From NCBI GenBank assembly GCA_026413945.1, contig JAOAJX010000004.1:1-64000 (forward strand): a stretch of 64,000 nucleotides of DNA. Direction: 5' to 3'. Made by a program: the position numbers and the translations under genes. The notes beneath the pieces were generated by a model that was not told where the DNA came from, searched no databases, and saw only the letters and a list, made by a program, of their open reading frames with translations. Source of the stretch: Candidatus Iainarchaeum sp. Lineage in GTDB: Archaea; Iainarchaeota; Iainarchaeia; Iainarchaeales; DTGL01. Within the stretch, counting starts at the first letter, position 1, and the number at the start of each line of letters is the position of its first letter. This document shows, in pieces, positions 20,121-29,746 of the stretch.

Positions 20121-21875
20121 TTGCGCACTCATACATGCGGTGAGCTTAATGAGAAATTTGCTGGCAAAGAAGTAGTGCTTTGCGGCTGGGTGCATACAAA
20201 AAGAAGCCATGGGGGGCTAATTTTTATAGATCTCAGGGATAGGTACGGAATAACTCAGCTTATAGTCAATTCAAAAGACAGCCCAAGTGCATACGATCAG
20301 GCACATAGAGTCGAAAAGGAGTTTGTGATCAGAGTAAAAGGAATCGTTAAAAAGCGCATGCAACCAAACCCAAAGCTAAAAACAGGCAACATCGAGATTA
20401 ATTGCAATGAAATTGAAATACTTAGTGAAGCGAAACAACCGCTTCCAATCGAGATAGCTTCAGAGCTACTTGCAAGTGAAGACACTAGGTTAAAGTATCG
20501 CTACCTAGACCTGCGTAGGCCTGAAATGCAGCAAAACATCATATTGAGGCACAAGCTTGTTAAGGCCATAAGGGATTATCTTGACAGCGATGGCTTTATA
20601 GAAATTGAAACACCAATATTGGCAAAATCAACACCAGAGGGCGCCCGTGACTATCTTGTTCCAAGCAGAGTACATAAAGGAAAGTTCTTTGCGCTGCCTC
20701 AAAGCCCGCAAATATTCAAGCAGCTTTTAATGGTTTCTGGTTTCGATAAGTATTTTCAAATTGCACGGTGTTTCAGGGATGAAGACTTAAGGGCTGACAG
20801 GCAGCCAGAATTTACGCAGCTTGACCTCGAAATTTCATTTGCAGATGAAGAAAAAGTTTTTGAGGTTATTGAGGGTTGCATAGCACATGTGATGAGAGAA
20901 GTAAAAAAAATTGACATTAAGAGACCTTTCCCAAGAATTTCATATGAAGATGCAATGAACAGATTTGGTTCGGACAAACCTGATGTAAGGTTTGATATGG
21001 AGCTTATTGATGTAACAAAATGCTTTGAAAAAACAGGGTTTGAAATATTTAAAGAGATCATAAGAAAAGGCGGGTGCATAAAAGCGCTTGTGGTTGACGA
21101 TAAATACAAAATAACAAAAGATCAACTTAAAGAAATTACTGAAATTGCAAAAACATTTGGTGCAAAAGGACTTATAATAGCGAGAGTGGAGGGAAAAGAG
21201 ATTGACTCCTCTATTGCAAAACATTTAAGTGCATCTGAAAGTAGCAAATTGCTAAAGGAAACAAAGGCAAAGGAAGGCATGCTTCTACTCATTGTAGCTG
21301 CCGACTGGAGAACTGCTTGCATTTCTTTGGGAGAGATAAGGCTAAAGATAGCTGAGTTGCTCTCACTAGTCAAAAAAGAATCTTACTGCTTCTTATGGGT
21401 AACTGACTTCCCACTTTTTGAGTACAATATCGAAGAGAAGAAAATAAATTCAGTGCATCATCCTTTCACTGCCCCAAAAGATGAAGATATAGCAAAAATG
21501 GATAAGGAACCTCTAAAAGTAAGAAGTAGGGCTTATGATATAGTGCTTAATGGCATAGAGCTTGGTGGTGGTAGCATAAGGATACATAATAAAGAGCTAC
21601 AAAAAAAAGTTTTCAAGATACTTGGCCTCTCAGAAGAACAGGCCAAAGAAAAATTTGGCTTTCTGCTTGAGGCATTCGAATACGGAGCACCGCCGCATGG
21701 TGGCATAGCAATAGGCATAGATAGATTTGCAATGCTGCTCGCAGACCAAAAATCAATAAGGCAGGTAATTGCGTTTCCAAAAAATAAAGCATGTCAATCA
21801 TTAATGGACGATGCGCCAAGTGATGTTTCTGAAGAGCAGTTGAAAGAGTTGGGCCTTAAAATAGAAAAGAGTTAG
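20121..21875 (+). CDS. aspS: Aspartate--tRNA ligase, bacterial type with GAD insertion
   Basis: MRTHTCGEL start, HGGLIFIDLRDRYG, TPEGARDYLVPSR, FRDEDLRADRQPEFTQ, GAPPHGG; 584 aa. Confidence 0.95.
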   Translation: MRTHTCGELNEKFAGKEVVLCGWVHTKRSHGGLIFIDLRDRYGITQLIVNSKDSPSAYDQAHRVEKEFVIRVKGIVKKRMQPNPKLKTGNIEINCNEIEILSEAKQPLPIEIASELLASEDTRLKYRYLDLRRPEMQQNIILRHKLVKAIRDYLDSDGFIEIETPILAKSTPEGARDYLVPSRVHKGKFFALPQSPQIFKQLLMVSGFDKYFQIARCFRDEDLRADRQPEFTQLDLEISFADEEKVFEVIEGCIAHVMREVKKIDIKRPFPRISYEDAMNRFGSDKPDVRFDMELIDVTKCFEKTGFEIFKEIIRKGGCIKALVVDDKYKITKDQLKEITEIAKTFGAKGLIIARVEGKEIDSSIAKHLSASESSKLLKETKAKEGMLLLIVAADWRTACISLGEIRLKIAELLSLVKKESYCFLWVTDFPLFEYNIEEKKINSVHHPFTAPKDEDIAKMDKEPLKVRSRAYDIVLNGIELGGGSIRIHNKELQKKVFKILGLSEEQAKEKFGFLLEAFEYGAPPHGGIAIGIDRFAMLLADQKSIRQVIAFPKNKACQSLMDDAPSDVSEEQLKELGLKIEKS

Positions 21876-22591
21876 TGGTTTTTTTGAAATCAAAAAACAT
21901 ATGTTTTGGTGGTATTCAAAAGACAACGCTTATAGATTTTCCTGGCATGGTTGCATGCACGCTCTTTGTAAATAATTGCAATTTCAGGTGCCCTTTTTGC
22001 CAGAATCCGGATCTGGCAATAGGAAAAGCAAAATGCATAAGCAACGAAGAGATCATGAATTTTCTTGATAAGAGAAAAGGATTGATTGAAGGCGTATGCA
22101 TAAGTGGCGGCGAGCCAACAATTTATGATAATCTTGTTGATTTCACTAAAAAGATTAAAGAAATTGGCTATATGGTGAAAATTGACACCAACGGCTCAAG
22201 ACCAGAGATTATTGAAAAATTTATAAGAAAAAAAACTGTTGACTACATTGCAATGGACTTAAAAGCGCCATTGGAAAAATATTCTATTGCTGCTGGGGTC
22301 AAGGTAGATACAAATGCATTGAGAAAAAGCATTTCTTTAATTCTTGAGGGAAAAATAGATTACGAGTTTCGCACAACCGTGGTGCCAAAAATAATTCTCA
22401 GAGAAGATATTGAAAAAATATGCTTTGAGATTAGGGGTGCCAAAAAATATTTTTTGCAGCAGTTTGTCAACAGCACAGCTCTCCTGGATAAAAGTTTCAG
22501 TGAGATTATACCTTATCCAAAGAGTGTGCTTGAAGAGATGGCCAAAGTTGCCTCAAAGTATGTAAAAAATGTTGAAGTCAGGGCTAATTAA
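21875..22591 (+). CDS. nrdG: Anaerobic RNR activating radical SAM protein
   Basis: TLIDFPG, CNFRCPFCQN, SGGEPT, KIDTNG, YEFRTT. Confidence 0.9.
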   Translation: MVFLKSKNICFGGIQKTTLIDFPGMVACTLFVNNCNFRCPFCQNPDLAIGKAKCISNEEIMNFLDKRKGLIEGVCISGGEPTIYDNLVDFTKKIKEIGYMVKIDTNGSRPEIIEKFIRKKTVDYIAMDLKAPLEKYSIAAGVKVDTNALRKSISLILEGKIDYEFRTTVVPKIILREDIEKICFEIRGAKKYFLQQFVNSTALLDKSFSEIIPYPKSVLEEMAKVASKYVKNVEVRAN

Positions 22592-22649
22592 ATAGATAAT
22601 TAATGGCGTTTTTTATATTTTACTATAGTGATTTATATTAGATTTCTGA

Positions 22650-22737
22650 GGGCCTGTAGCTCAGTTGGATAGAGCACCGACCTCCTAATTTCAAAGGAGT
22701 TAGTCGGGTGTCGGGGGTTCAAGTCCCTCCGGGCCCG
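22650..22737 (+). tRNA. tRNA-Arg(CCT) with 14-nt intron (22688-22701) at position 37/38
   Basis: Cloverleaf; anticodon CCT at 22684-22686; intron GGAG pairs with CTCC, forming the BHB helix. Confidence 0.92.
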
Positions 22738-25617
22738 TTATTTAGTTTTGGTTATTTCAAACCTGAACTCTCTCTGAATTATCTTTTCAAATTCTTTTTT
22801 AATGACCCCACTTTTATTTATTTTTGTGTTTGTTTCTTTCTCTATCCTTTTAACAAATTTTTCCAGAAAAACAACATCGTTACATTCGAGAATAAGACTT
22901 GCCTTTTGCTTTGGCATAAGGCCTTTTACTTTTCTCTCTGCCTGAATCCTTCTCACAAGCTCTCTAAACTCCCATTCATCTTTAAGCCACTGCTCAGCAA
23001 AGGTATCAATACAAACTTTGAAATTTTCAGTTTCAGTGCAAACTAAAGAGCTGTCTTTTGGGAAATTTTCAAGAACTTCAAGAACATTGCAACCAATTTT
23101 TAGTATTTGGGCAACTTTGCTAACCTTAAATTTTGCTTTTGGCTGAACAACAATGCTTCTTAGTGTCCAGCGCCTCCTAAGGTGGTTTTTTTCGCGAAGC
23201 AACAGCACGGCTTGAATTATTTCTAATGCCGATGCAAAGTCCTTTTCCAATTTCTTGTTTATTTTTGCCTTTTTTGACATAGGCATTGAACAAAAGTGTA
23301 TGCTTTCAGGCATATTCTTTGCTCTTAATTCCCTGTAGATATATTCTGAAAAGTGTGGCACTATTGGTGCTAAAAGTTTTGCGATTCCTAAAAGGATCTC
23401 TGAAAAAATTTTGCACAATATTGCCTTATCCTCATCTACGCGATCCCTTATGAGCTTTATATAGTTTCTGCTGAAATCTTCAATCACGAAGTATTCAACT
23501 AGCATCAGAACTCTCCAAAATTCGTAATTCGCATATGCTTGAGTTGCCTCTGAAATTATAGAGTTGTATCTACTCAAAATCCACAAGTCCTCTGTTCTTA
23601 GATCTTTGCCATTTTTCTTTGTTGCTGTTGCATCTTTAAGGTACATTAGGTAATAGTTTGTGGAATTCGTAAAGGTATTGAAAAATCTTCTTATGTCTTT
23701 AAACTCATCCCAGCTAAAAAGCATGTCTGTTCCACGGGAATTTTTGACTAAATAATACCTTAAGTAGTCTCTTGAGTATTCTTTTATAACATCGCTGGGC
23801 ATAACAACATTACCAATGCTTTTGCTCATTTTTCTTTTGTCAATGTCAAGGACCATGCCATGTACTGACACAGCCTTATATGGTGATTTTCCAAAGCATA
23901 TGAGCCCTGCAATTAGCTGAGAATTCCACCAGCCACGAATTTGGTCTGTGCCTTCAAGATTCAAATCAGCTGGCCAGAAGCTCTTGAAAAGCTTTTTTTC
24001 TTTTGGAAAGCCTAACGCAGCCCAGCTCGAAACGCCGGAATCGAACCACACATCAAGCACTTCTGGAATTCTAACCATTTCTCCGCCACACTTGCATTTT
24101 AGCCTAATCTCGTCTATATAAGGCCTGTGAGGCTCTGGCAGTTTTTTAACCCCTGATGCCTTTTTAAGTTCCTCGAGTGTTCCAAAGACATGGTATGAGT
24201 TGCACTTTTTGCATGACCATATAGGTACTGGGGTGCCCCAATAACGCATTCTTGAAATGGGCCAATCGCTCAAAGATTCTAACCAATTTTGCATTCTTGC
24301 TCCAACCCATTCTGGCACCCATCTCACTTTCTTGTTTGCAGCAATAAGCTTTTTTTGTATCTTAGAAACATTCAGGAACCACTGTGGTGTTGAGAGCATT
24401 ATGAGCGGCGTAGAACAGCGCCAGCATATGGGATAATCGTGAGTGTAGCTGTGCTTATAAACAATAAAGCCACTGCTTTCAAGGTCATCTATTATCTCTT
24501 GGTCAACTTCTCTGGCTTTTTTACCAGCGTATTTGCCTGCTTCCTCAAGCATTGTGCCATCAATACCAACAGGGCAAAGTAATGGTAGGCATGCTTTCCT
24601 TCCTGCTTCGTAATCTTCCTTTCCATGCCCTGGTGCACAGTGCACTAAGCCAGTACCAAAATCAAGGGTAACATAGCGGCTACTTGTTACAACACGATAT
24701 GCACCATTTAGTCCAGAATCAATTTTTAGGTTTTTGGCAAGAGGATTGGTGTAATGCATACCTTCAAGCTCTTTGCCTTTTACAACTTTTTCAATTGTGT
24801 AAGCGTATTCTAACTTCTCCATTATACCATGAATAAGTTCTTTAGCAATTATCCATACTTCGCCATTGCTTAGTGTTGCAAAGGCATAATCGAAATCGGG
24901 ATGCACCATAACTCCAGTATTGCCAGGCAAAGTCCAAGGGGTTGTAGTCCATATTATAAGATATGTTTTTTCTTTGCCTACAACTGGAAACTTAACATAT
25001 ATGCTTTCATCAGTAAGTTTTGTATAATTTATTTCATAATAGGCCAAAGGTGTTGCACACCTTGGACAAACATGTATTGGATAATAGCCTAAATAAAGCA
25101 TTTTCTTTTTTTCTGCATTTTTAAAAGCCCACCATATGGCTTCTATGTATTGTGCATCTAATGTTAAGTATGGATTCTCCCAGTCCATCCATACGCCTAA
25201 ATCCATAAATTCGGAGTTCATTGTGTCTATAAACTCAGTTGCAAACTTTTTGCATTCTTCTACAAAATTTGCAATTCCAAAACGCTCAATATCGCCTTTA
25301 TTTGAAAAGCCCAGCTTTTTTTCCACTTTGTGCTCTATTGGCAAACCATGGGTGTCGTAGCCGGGCCTATCAAAAACTTTGTAACCGTGCATGCGCTTTG
25401 AGCGCATTGCAACATCTTTCAAAACCTTGTTGAGTGCGGTGCCCAAGTGTATATGCCCTGTTGCATAAGGCGGGCCATCCATAAGGTAAAATTTCTTTTT
25501 TGCTTTAGAATTTAGTTGCCTCGATTTTTTTGGGATTTCTTTGGCTAACCAAAAGTCTTTTATAAGTTCTTCCTCTTCTCTGCCAAAATCCTTGAGAGGC
25601 AATAAAATCACCTTCAA
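22738..25617 (-). CDS. ileS: Isoleucine--tRNA ligase
   Basis: DGPPYATG.IHLGT, WTTTPWTLP, GTGLVH, DQIRGW, KMSKS. Confidence 0.96.
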   Translation of the reverse strand: MKVILLPLKDFGREEEELIKDFWLAKEIPKKSRQLNSKAKKKFYLMDGPPYATGHIHLGTALNKVLKDVAMRSKRMHGYKVFDRPGYDTHGLPIEHKVEKKLGFSNKGDIERFGIANFVEECKKFATEFIDTMNSEFMDLGVWMDWENPYLTLDAQYIEAIWWAFKNAEKKKMLYLGYYPIHVCPRCATPLAYYEINYTKLTDESIYVKFPVVGKEKTYLIIWTTTPWTLPGNTGVMVHPDFDYAFATLSNGEVWIIAKELIHGIMEKLEYAYTIEKVVKGKELEGMHYTNPLAKNLKIDSGLNGAYRVVTSSRYVTLDFGTGLVHCAPGHGKEDYEAGRKACLPLLCPVGIDGTMLEEAGKYAGKKAREVDQEIIDDLESSGFIVYKHSYTHDYPICWRCSTPLIMLSTPQWFLNVSKIQKKLIAANKKVRWVPEWVGARMQNWLESLSDWPISRMRYWGTPVPIWSCKKCNSYHVFGTLEELKKASGVKKLPEPHRPYIDEIRLKCKCGGEMVRIPEVLDVWFDSGVSSWAALGFPKEKKLFKSFWPADLNLEGTDQIRGWWNSQLIAGLICFGKSPYKAVSVHGMVLDIDKRKMSKSIGNVVMPSDVIKEYSRDYLRYYLVKNSRGTDMLFSWDEFKDIRRFFNTFTNSTNYYLMYLKDATATKKNGKDLRTEDLWILSRYNSIISEATQAYANYEFWRVLMLVEYFVIEDFSRNYIKLIRDRVDEDKAILCKIFSEILLGIAKLLAPIVPHFSEYIYRELRAKNMPESIHFCSMPMSKKAKINKKLEKDFASALEIIQAVLLLREKNHLRRRWTLRSIVVQPKAKFKVSKVAQILKIGCNVLEVLENFPKDSSLVCTETENFKVCIDTFAEQWLKDEWEFRELVRRIQAERKVKGLMPKQKASLILECNDVVFLEKFVKRIEKETNTKINKSGVIKKEFEKIIQREFRFEITKTK

Positions 25618-25658
25618 GCAGTTTTAATAAGTTTGCTAAAAAAGTAATATAAAGGTTG

Positions 25659-26429
25659 CTAAGAAACAATAACAAAAGATGCCAGCTGGGATATATTTTC
25701 AATTTCAATGACCTGCATGCCATACTGCTCATACATAAGCTCGTTCAAATCAACTTTTTTTGGTTCATAATATACTTTTTTGATTAAAAACCCACGGCCG
25801 CGCTGCTCGCTTTCCTTGCGCTCATAAAAAATCACTTCTTTTTGGCCTTTTGGCACTAAAAAATACTTAAAGCCATTCTCTGCTGCAGCCTGTGCTTTTT
25901 CTAAAATTCCGCCGACATGACCTATGGAGCCATTGCTCTGTATCGTGCCTGTTATTGCAACATTGCTCCTTAAGCTTTTACCTTCTATTGCGGCAATCGT
26001 TGCAACACAAATTGCTGCGCCAGCGCTTGGACCGCCAACAAGCAGTGCTTTTGGAGCTTCTACTGAATAAACAACATCCTTTTGAGACAAAGAAACTTTA
26101 GCAAAGCTTTCAGCAACATTTTTTGCTGTTTCTATAGAGTATTGCATATCTGGCTCAACAAAGGGGTTTGTGTTAAAAAGCACTCGGCCTTTGCCATCAG
26201 CAATCTCAACTGTTGCTTTGCATATCACTCCTTGACCATCAGAGGATACTGCCACTACTGGAACTTCAGCACTTCTTTCCTTAAAAGCTGGTTTAGAAAG
26301 TTCATTTCTTGAAAAGGGCTTCTGTAAAGAGTATTCAAAAATTATGGTTGAAGCAATGAAACCCACCAGCACGCCTAACAACAAAACAAATGCAAAAAAA
26401 AGAGCTCTCTTTTTATCCAGAAAAATCAC
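25659..26429 (-). CDS. Membrane-anchored S16 (Lon proteolytic domain) serine protease
   Basis: N-terminal TM helix; GGPSAG catalytic Ser; ITGTI..G.IG.VGGI.EK. Confidence 0.85.
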   Translation of the reverse strand: MIFLDKKRALFFAFVLLLGVLVGFIASTIIFEYSLQKPFSRNELSKPAFKERSAEVPVVAVSSDGQGVICKATVEIADGKGRVLFNTNPFVEPDMQYSIETAKNVAESFAKVSLSQKDVVYSVEAPKALLVGGPSAGAAICVATIAAIEGKSLRSNVAITGTIQSNGSIGHVGGILEKAQAAAENGFKYFLVPKGQKEVIFYERKESEQRGRGFLIKKVYYEPKKVDLNELMYEQYGMQVIEIENISQLASFVIVS

Positions 26430-26482
26430 CGACTATTTGCTATTAAAACATATTAAAGTAAGTCCCACACTTTTTAAAATTA

Positions 26483-28234
26483 ATGCAGTTTTATTTCGCT
26501 ATGATTGATTTAAGAAAAATGCTTGTCGAAAGCATTGCAAAAGAGCTTGGCCTTGATGTGGAAAAAATTAATTCTCTTGTTGAAGTTCCGAAGAAAAAGG
26601 AGTTCGGGGATTATAGCTTGCCTTGTTTTGTAATTTCAAAAGAACTCAATAAAAAGGCAAGTGAGATTGCTAGCGACCTTGTGAAAACTCTTTCTTTGCC
26701 AAAAGGTTTTTCAAAGGCCATAGCAGTTGGACCTTATGCGAATTTTTACATAGATCAACGGCAAATAGCTGGACTTGTAATAAACAAAATACTTAGAGAG
26801 AGAAAAAAATACGGGCAAAACAAAATAGGTGCTGGGAAAAGAGTCATGGTTGAATACTCACAACCTAACACCAACAAGCCAATGCATATTGGGCATTTGC
26901 GCAATGACTCAATAGGACTTTCAATAAGCAGGCTTTTTGGCTTTTGTGGCTACGAGGTTATAAAAGCAAACCTTTTCAATGACCGAGGCATACACATATG
27001 CCAAGCGATGTTAGCATACAAGCTATGGGGCAAAAAAGAAACACCTAAAAGCACAAGTCTTAGCGGCGACAAGTTTGTTGGAAAATATTACGTGATGTTT
27101 CACCAGAAAGCAAAGGATAATCCAAAGCTAAATGAGATGGCAAGGGAACTCCTCAAAAAATGGGAAAATAAAGACAAGAAAACGATTGCGCTTTGGAAAA
27201 AGATGCGCTCTTGGGTTCTAAGCGGCTTTGAGAAAACTTATAAGAAGTTCGGTTCTGAGTTCGATGTTTACTTCTTTGAATCTGATTTTTATGACAAGGT
27301 TGAAAGCATAATTAAAGAAGGGCTTGATAAAGGTGTCTTTGTTAAGGATGCTAACGGCACCATAATTGCAAAGTTAGCGCCATTGCCAGATAAGGTTATA
27401 TTGCGAGAGGATGGCACAAGCATATATATCTCAAATGATTTAGTGCTAACAAAACACAAGATAGAGAGATACAAGCTTGATTTAAATGTATTTGTTGTTG
27501 CTAGCGAGCAGAGAGAATATTTCAGGCAATTATTTAGGATATTTGAGCTTTTGGGATATGAATGGCACAAAAAAAATGAGCACCTCAGCTATGGTCTTGT
27601 GCTATTACCAGAAGGAAAGCTGAAAAGCAGAGAAGGCATAGTAATAGATGCTGAAGACTTCATAGAAGTGGTCAAAGAGCTTGCTAAAAAAGAGCTTTTA
27701 AAAAGATACGAAAAGTTGGGCAAAAAAGAGTTGGAAAAAAGGGCTCTTGCAATTGCTGTCGCAGCAATAAAGTTTTCAATGCTAAAAATAGAGCCAAACA
27801 AAGACATAATGTTTGAACCGGAAAAAAGCATATCGTTTGAAGGAAACACAGGACCATATTTGCAATACACATATGCAAGGGCTAAAAGCATAATTAGAAA
27901 GGCTCCAAAGTATAGAAAGAGTTGCACAAATAAAAAAAATTGCCTTGAAGCTGCGCTCAGGGGGCTTTCAGATGAATATGAAAAAGAGCTCATAGTTAAA
28001 TTAGACGCTTTTGAAGATGTTATAAAAAAAGCAATGTATGAAAGGAAGCCAAACATTGTTTGTAACTATTTGATTGAGCTTTGCGAAACATTTAATGCTT
28101 TTTATCATAAGTTGCCTGTGCTTAATGCTGACAGCAAGATGAGGATTGCACGATTAGCACTTGTGAAAGCTACAAGCATAACAATAAGAAATGGACTTTA
28201 CCTTTTGGGCATACCTGTCCTTGAGGAGATGTAA
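26483..28234 (+). CDS. argS: Arginine--tRNA ligase
   Basis: EYSQPNTNKPMHIGHLRN, FEGNTGPYLQYTYAR, C-terminal LEEM. Confidence 0.96.
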   Translation: MQFYFAMIDLRKMLVESIAKELGLDVEKINSLVEVPKKKEFGDYSLPCFVISKELNKKASEIASDLVKTLSLPKGFSKAIAVGPYANFYIDQRQIAGLVINKILRERKKYGQNKIGAGKRVMVEYSQPNTNKPMHIGHLRNDSIGLSISRLFGFCGYEVIKANLFNDRGIHICQAMLAYKLWGKKETPKSTSLSGDKFVGKYYVMFHQKAKDNPKLNEMARELLKKWENKDKKTIALWKKMRSWVLSGFEKTYKKFGSEFDVYFFESDFYDKVESIIKEGLDKGVFVKDANGTIIAKLAPLPDKVILREDGTSIYISNDLVLTKHKIERYKLDLNVFVVASEQREYFRQLFRIFELLGYEWHKKNEHLSYGLVLLPEGKLKSREGIVIDAEDFIEVVKELAKKELLKRYEKLGKKELEKRALAIAVAAIKFSMLKIEPNKDIMFEPEKSISFEGNTGPYLQYTYARAKSIIRKAPKYRKSCTNKKNCLEAALRGLSDEYEKELIVKLDAFEDVIKKAMYERKPNIVCNYLIELCETFNAFYHKLPVLNADSKMRIARLALVKATSITIRNGLYLLGIPVLEEM

Positions 28235-29733
28235 TGATTATAAGGGTTCCGAAGATAAGAAGCAATGTAATTCCTGAGGAAGAATTAAATAGGCTTCTTA
28301 AAAACATATACCAAAAATACGAGAAACCAGATATAGTTCTTGTAAAAAATGCAATATCTTTTGTTAGGAGGCGTCTTGCTTCGAGAGAGCTTGGCCTTGT
28401 TTCCCGCGCATATGATTTTTCCAAAAGAAAACACGATATGCAAAAAAGATATTCTGGCGAACCATATTTTAACCACCTTATTTCTACTGCGCTTATACTG
28501 AGCGAATATGAAGTTGATGCAAAGACTATATCTGCAGCATTACTTCACGATATACTTGAGGATACTAATGTCCAAAAGGAAGATCTTGAAAAGGAATTTG
28601 GTAAAGAAATTGCAAATGTGGTAGAAGCACTTACCAAAGCAAACAAAGAAAAACGAAGCAACGAGCCATACATGCAGAAGCTTTTGCTCAGCGCTTGCAC
28701 TGACATGAGTGTGCTCACAATAAAAATTGCGGATAAGCTTCATAATCTAAGGACTATAGAGGCATTACCAAAAGGAAAGAAGATAAGGATATGCAAGCAA
28801 GCGTTTGAGTTCTATGCTCCTTTGGCTGAACTTATTGGAATGAAAAAGGCTGCGGAAGAGATGCGTGAAATATGCATATCTGTGCTTTGGCCAAAAGAGT
28901 ATAAAGAACTTAAGGAAAGATTATCTGTAGAGTATACAAAAAAAGAGCTGGAAGTCGATGAAGCAATTTCTATCTTGAACAAGAAAATTGGCGGCAAGCC
29001 TTTTAGATCTTTTTCAATAAAAAAGGCAAAAAAACCATTTTCCCACTATTTTCAAAAGATAAGAGAGGGAAAAATACTTGAAGAATTATACGATTTCTTC
29101 TATATAGTGATATCTGCAAAATCTAAAGATGACTGCTATTTAGCCATGAAGATGGTGCACGAGAGCTTTCATCCAATACCAAGGAAATTTAAAGACTACA
29201 TTGCAACACCAGCTGGAAGCTATAAAGCATTACATACTTCAGTGATTGGGCCTAGTGGCAATCCGATAAAAGTTTATATTATGACTAACGAAGTGTATGA
29301 AATACAAGAAAGAAGCGCTGGCTGGTTTGCTAAAAGCAAGAAGAAACAGCAATTGCCACAGAAAATTGTGTGGCTTGCGCACAGACCAAAAGAAGAGTTT
29401 GAAGAGGCAATAGCCCATGGCCTTAAATGGCAGGATATAACAATATTTGATAGCAAAGGGAAGCCATCAAATATACCAAAGGGCTCAACAGTTATAGACT
29501 TTGCATTTGAAATAGAGCCTACTGTGGCAGAAAACCTTATCGCTGCAAAGATACATGGAAAGTTTGTGCCATTATCAACAGAGCTTAAGCATGCGGATAG
29601 GGTTGAGCTTTTCTTTGCTGAAGAAAAACAGATAAGACCTGAATGGTTAAGGATGGCAAAGCTTTACGAGACCAAGAAAAAAATAGGTCGTCTATTGGCA
29701 AAAGAAAAAGCCGAGGTAGACATTAATTTCTGA
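28234..29733 (+). CDS. RelA/SpoT homolog: HD hydrolase + degenerate synthetase + TGS
   Basis: RYSGEPY..H, LLHDILED, IKIADKLHN; KDYIA.P...Y.ALHT; TGS GSTVIDFAF; no ACT/ZFD domain. Confidence 0.85.
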   Translation: MIIRVPKIRSNVIPEEELNRLLKNIYQKYEKPDIVLVKNAISFVRRRLASRELGLVSRAYDFSKRKHDMQKRYSGEPYFNHLISTALILSEYEVDAKTISAALLHDILEDTNVQKEDLEKEFGKEIANVVEALTKANKEKRSNEPYMQKLLLSACTDMSVLTIKIADKLHNLRTIEALPKGKKIRICKQAFEFYAPLAELIGMKKAAEEMREICISVLWPKEYKELKERLSVEYTKKELEVDEAISILNKKIGGKPFRSFSIKKAKKPFSHYFQKIREGKILEELYDFFYIVISAKSKDDCYLAMKMVHESFHPIPRKFKDYIATPAGSYKALHTSVIGPSGNPIKVYIMTNEVYEIQERSAGWFAKSKKKQQLPQKIVWLAHRPKEEFEEAIAHGLKWQDITIFDSKGKPSNIPKGSTVIDFAFEIEPTVAENLIAAKIHGKFVPLSTELKHADRVELFFAEEKQIRPEWLRMAKLYETKKKIGRLLAKEKAEVDINF

Positions 29734-29746
29734 TATTAAGCAAACA

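Noticed and set aside
25430-25480. IleRS HLGT instead of HIGH
   Set aside because: Ordinary variant in archaeal IleRS
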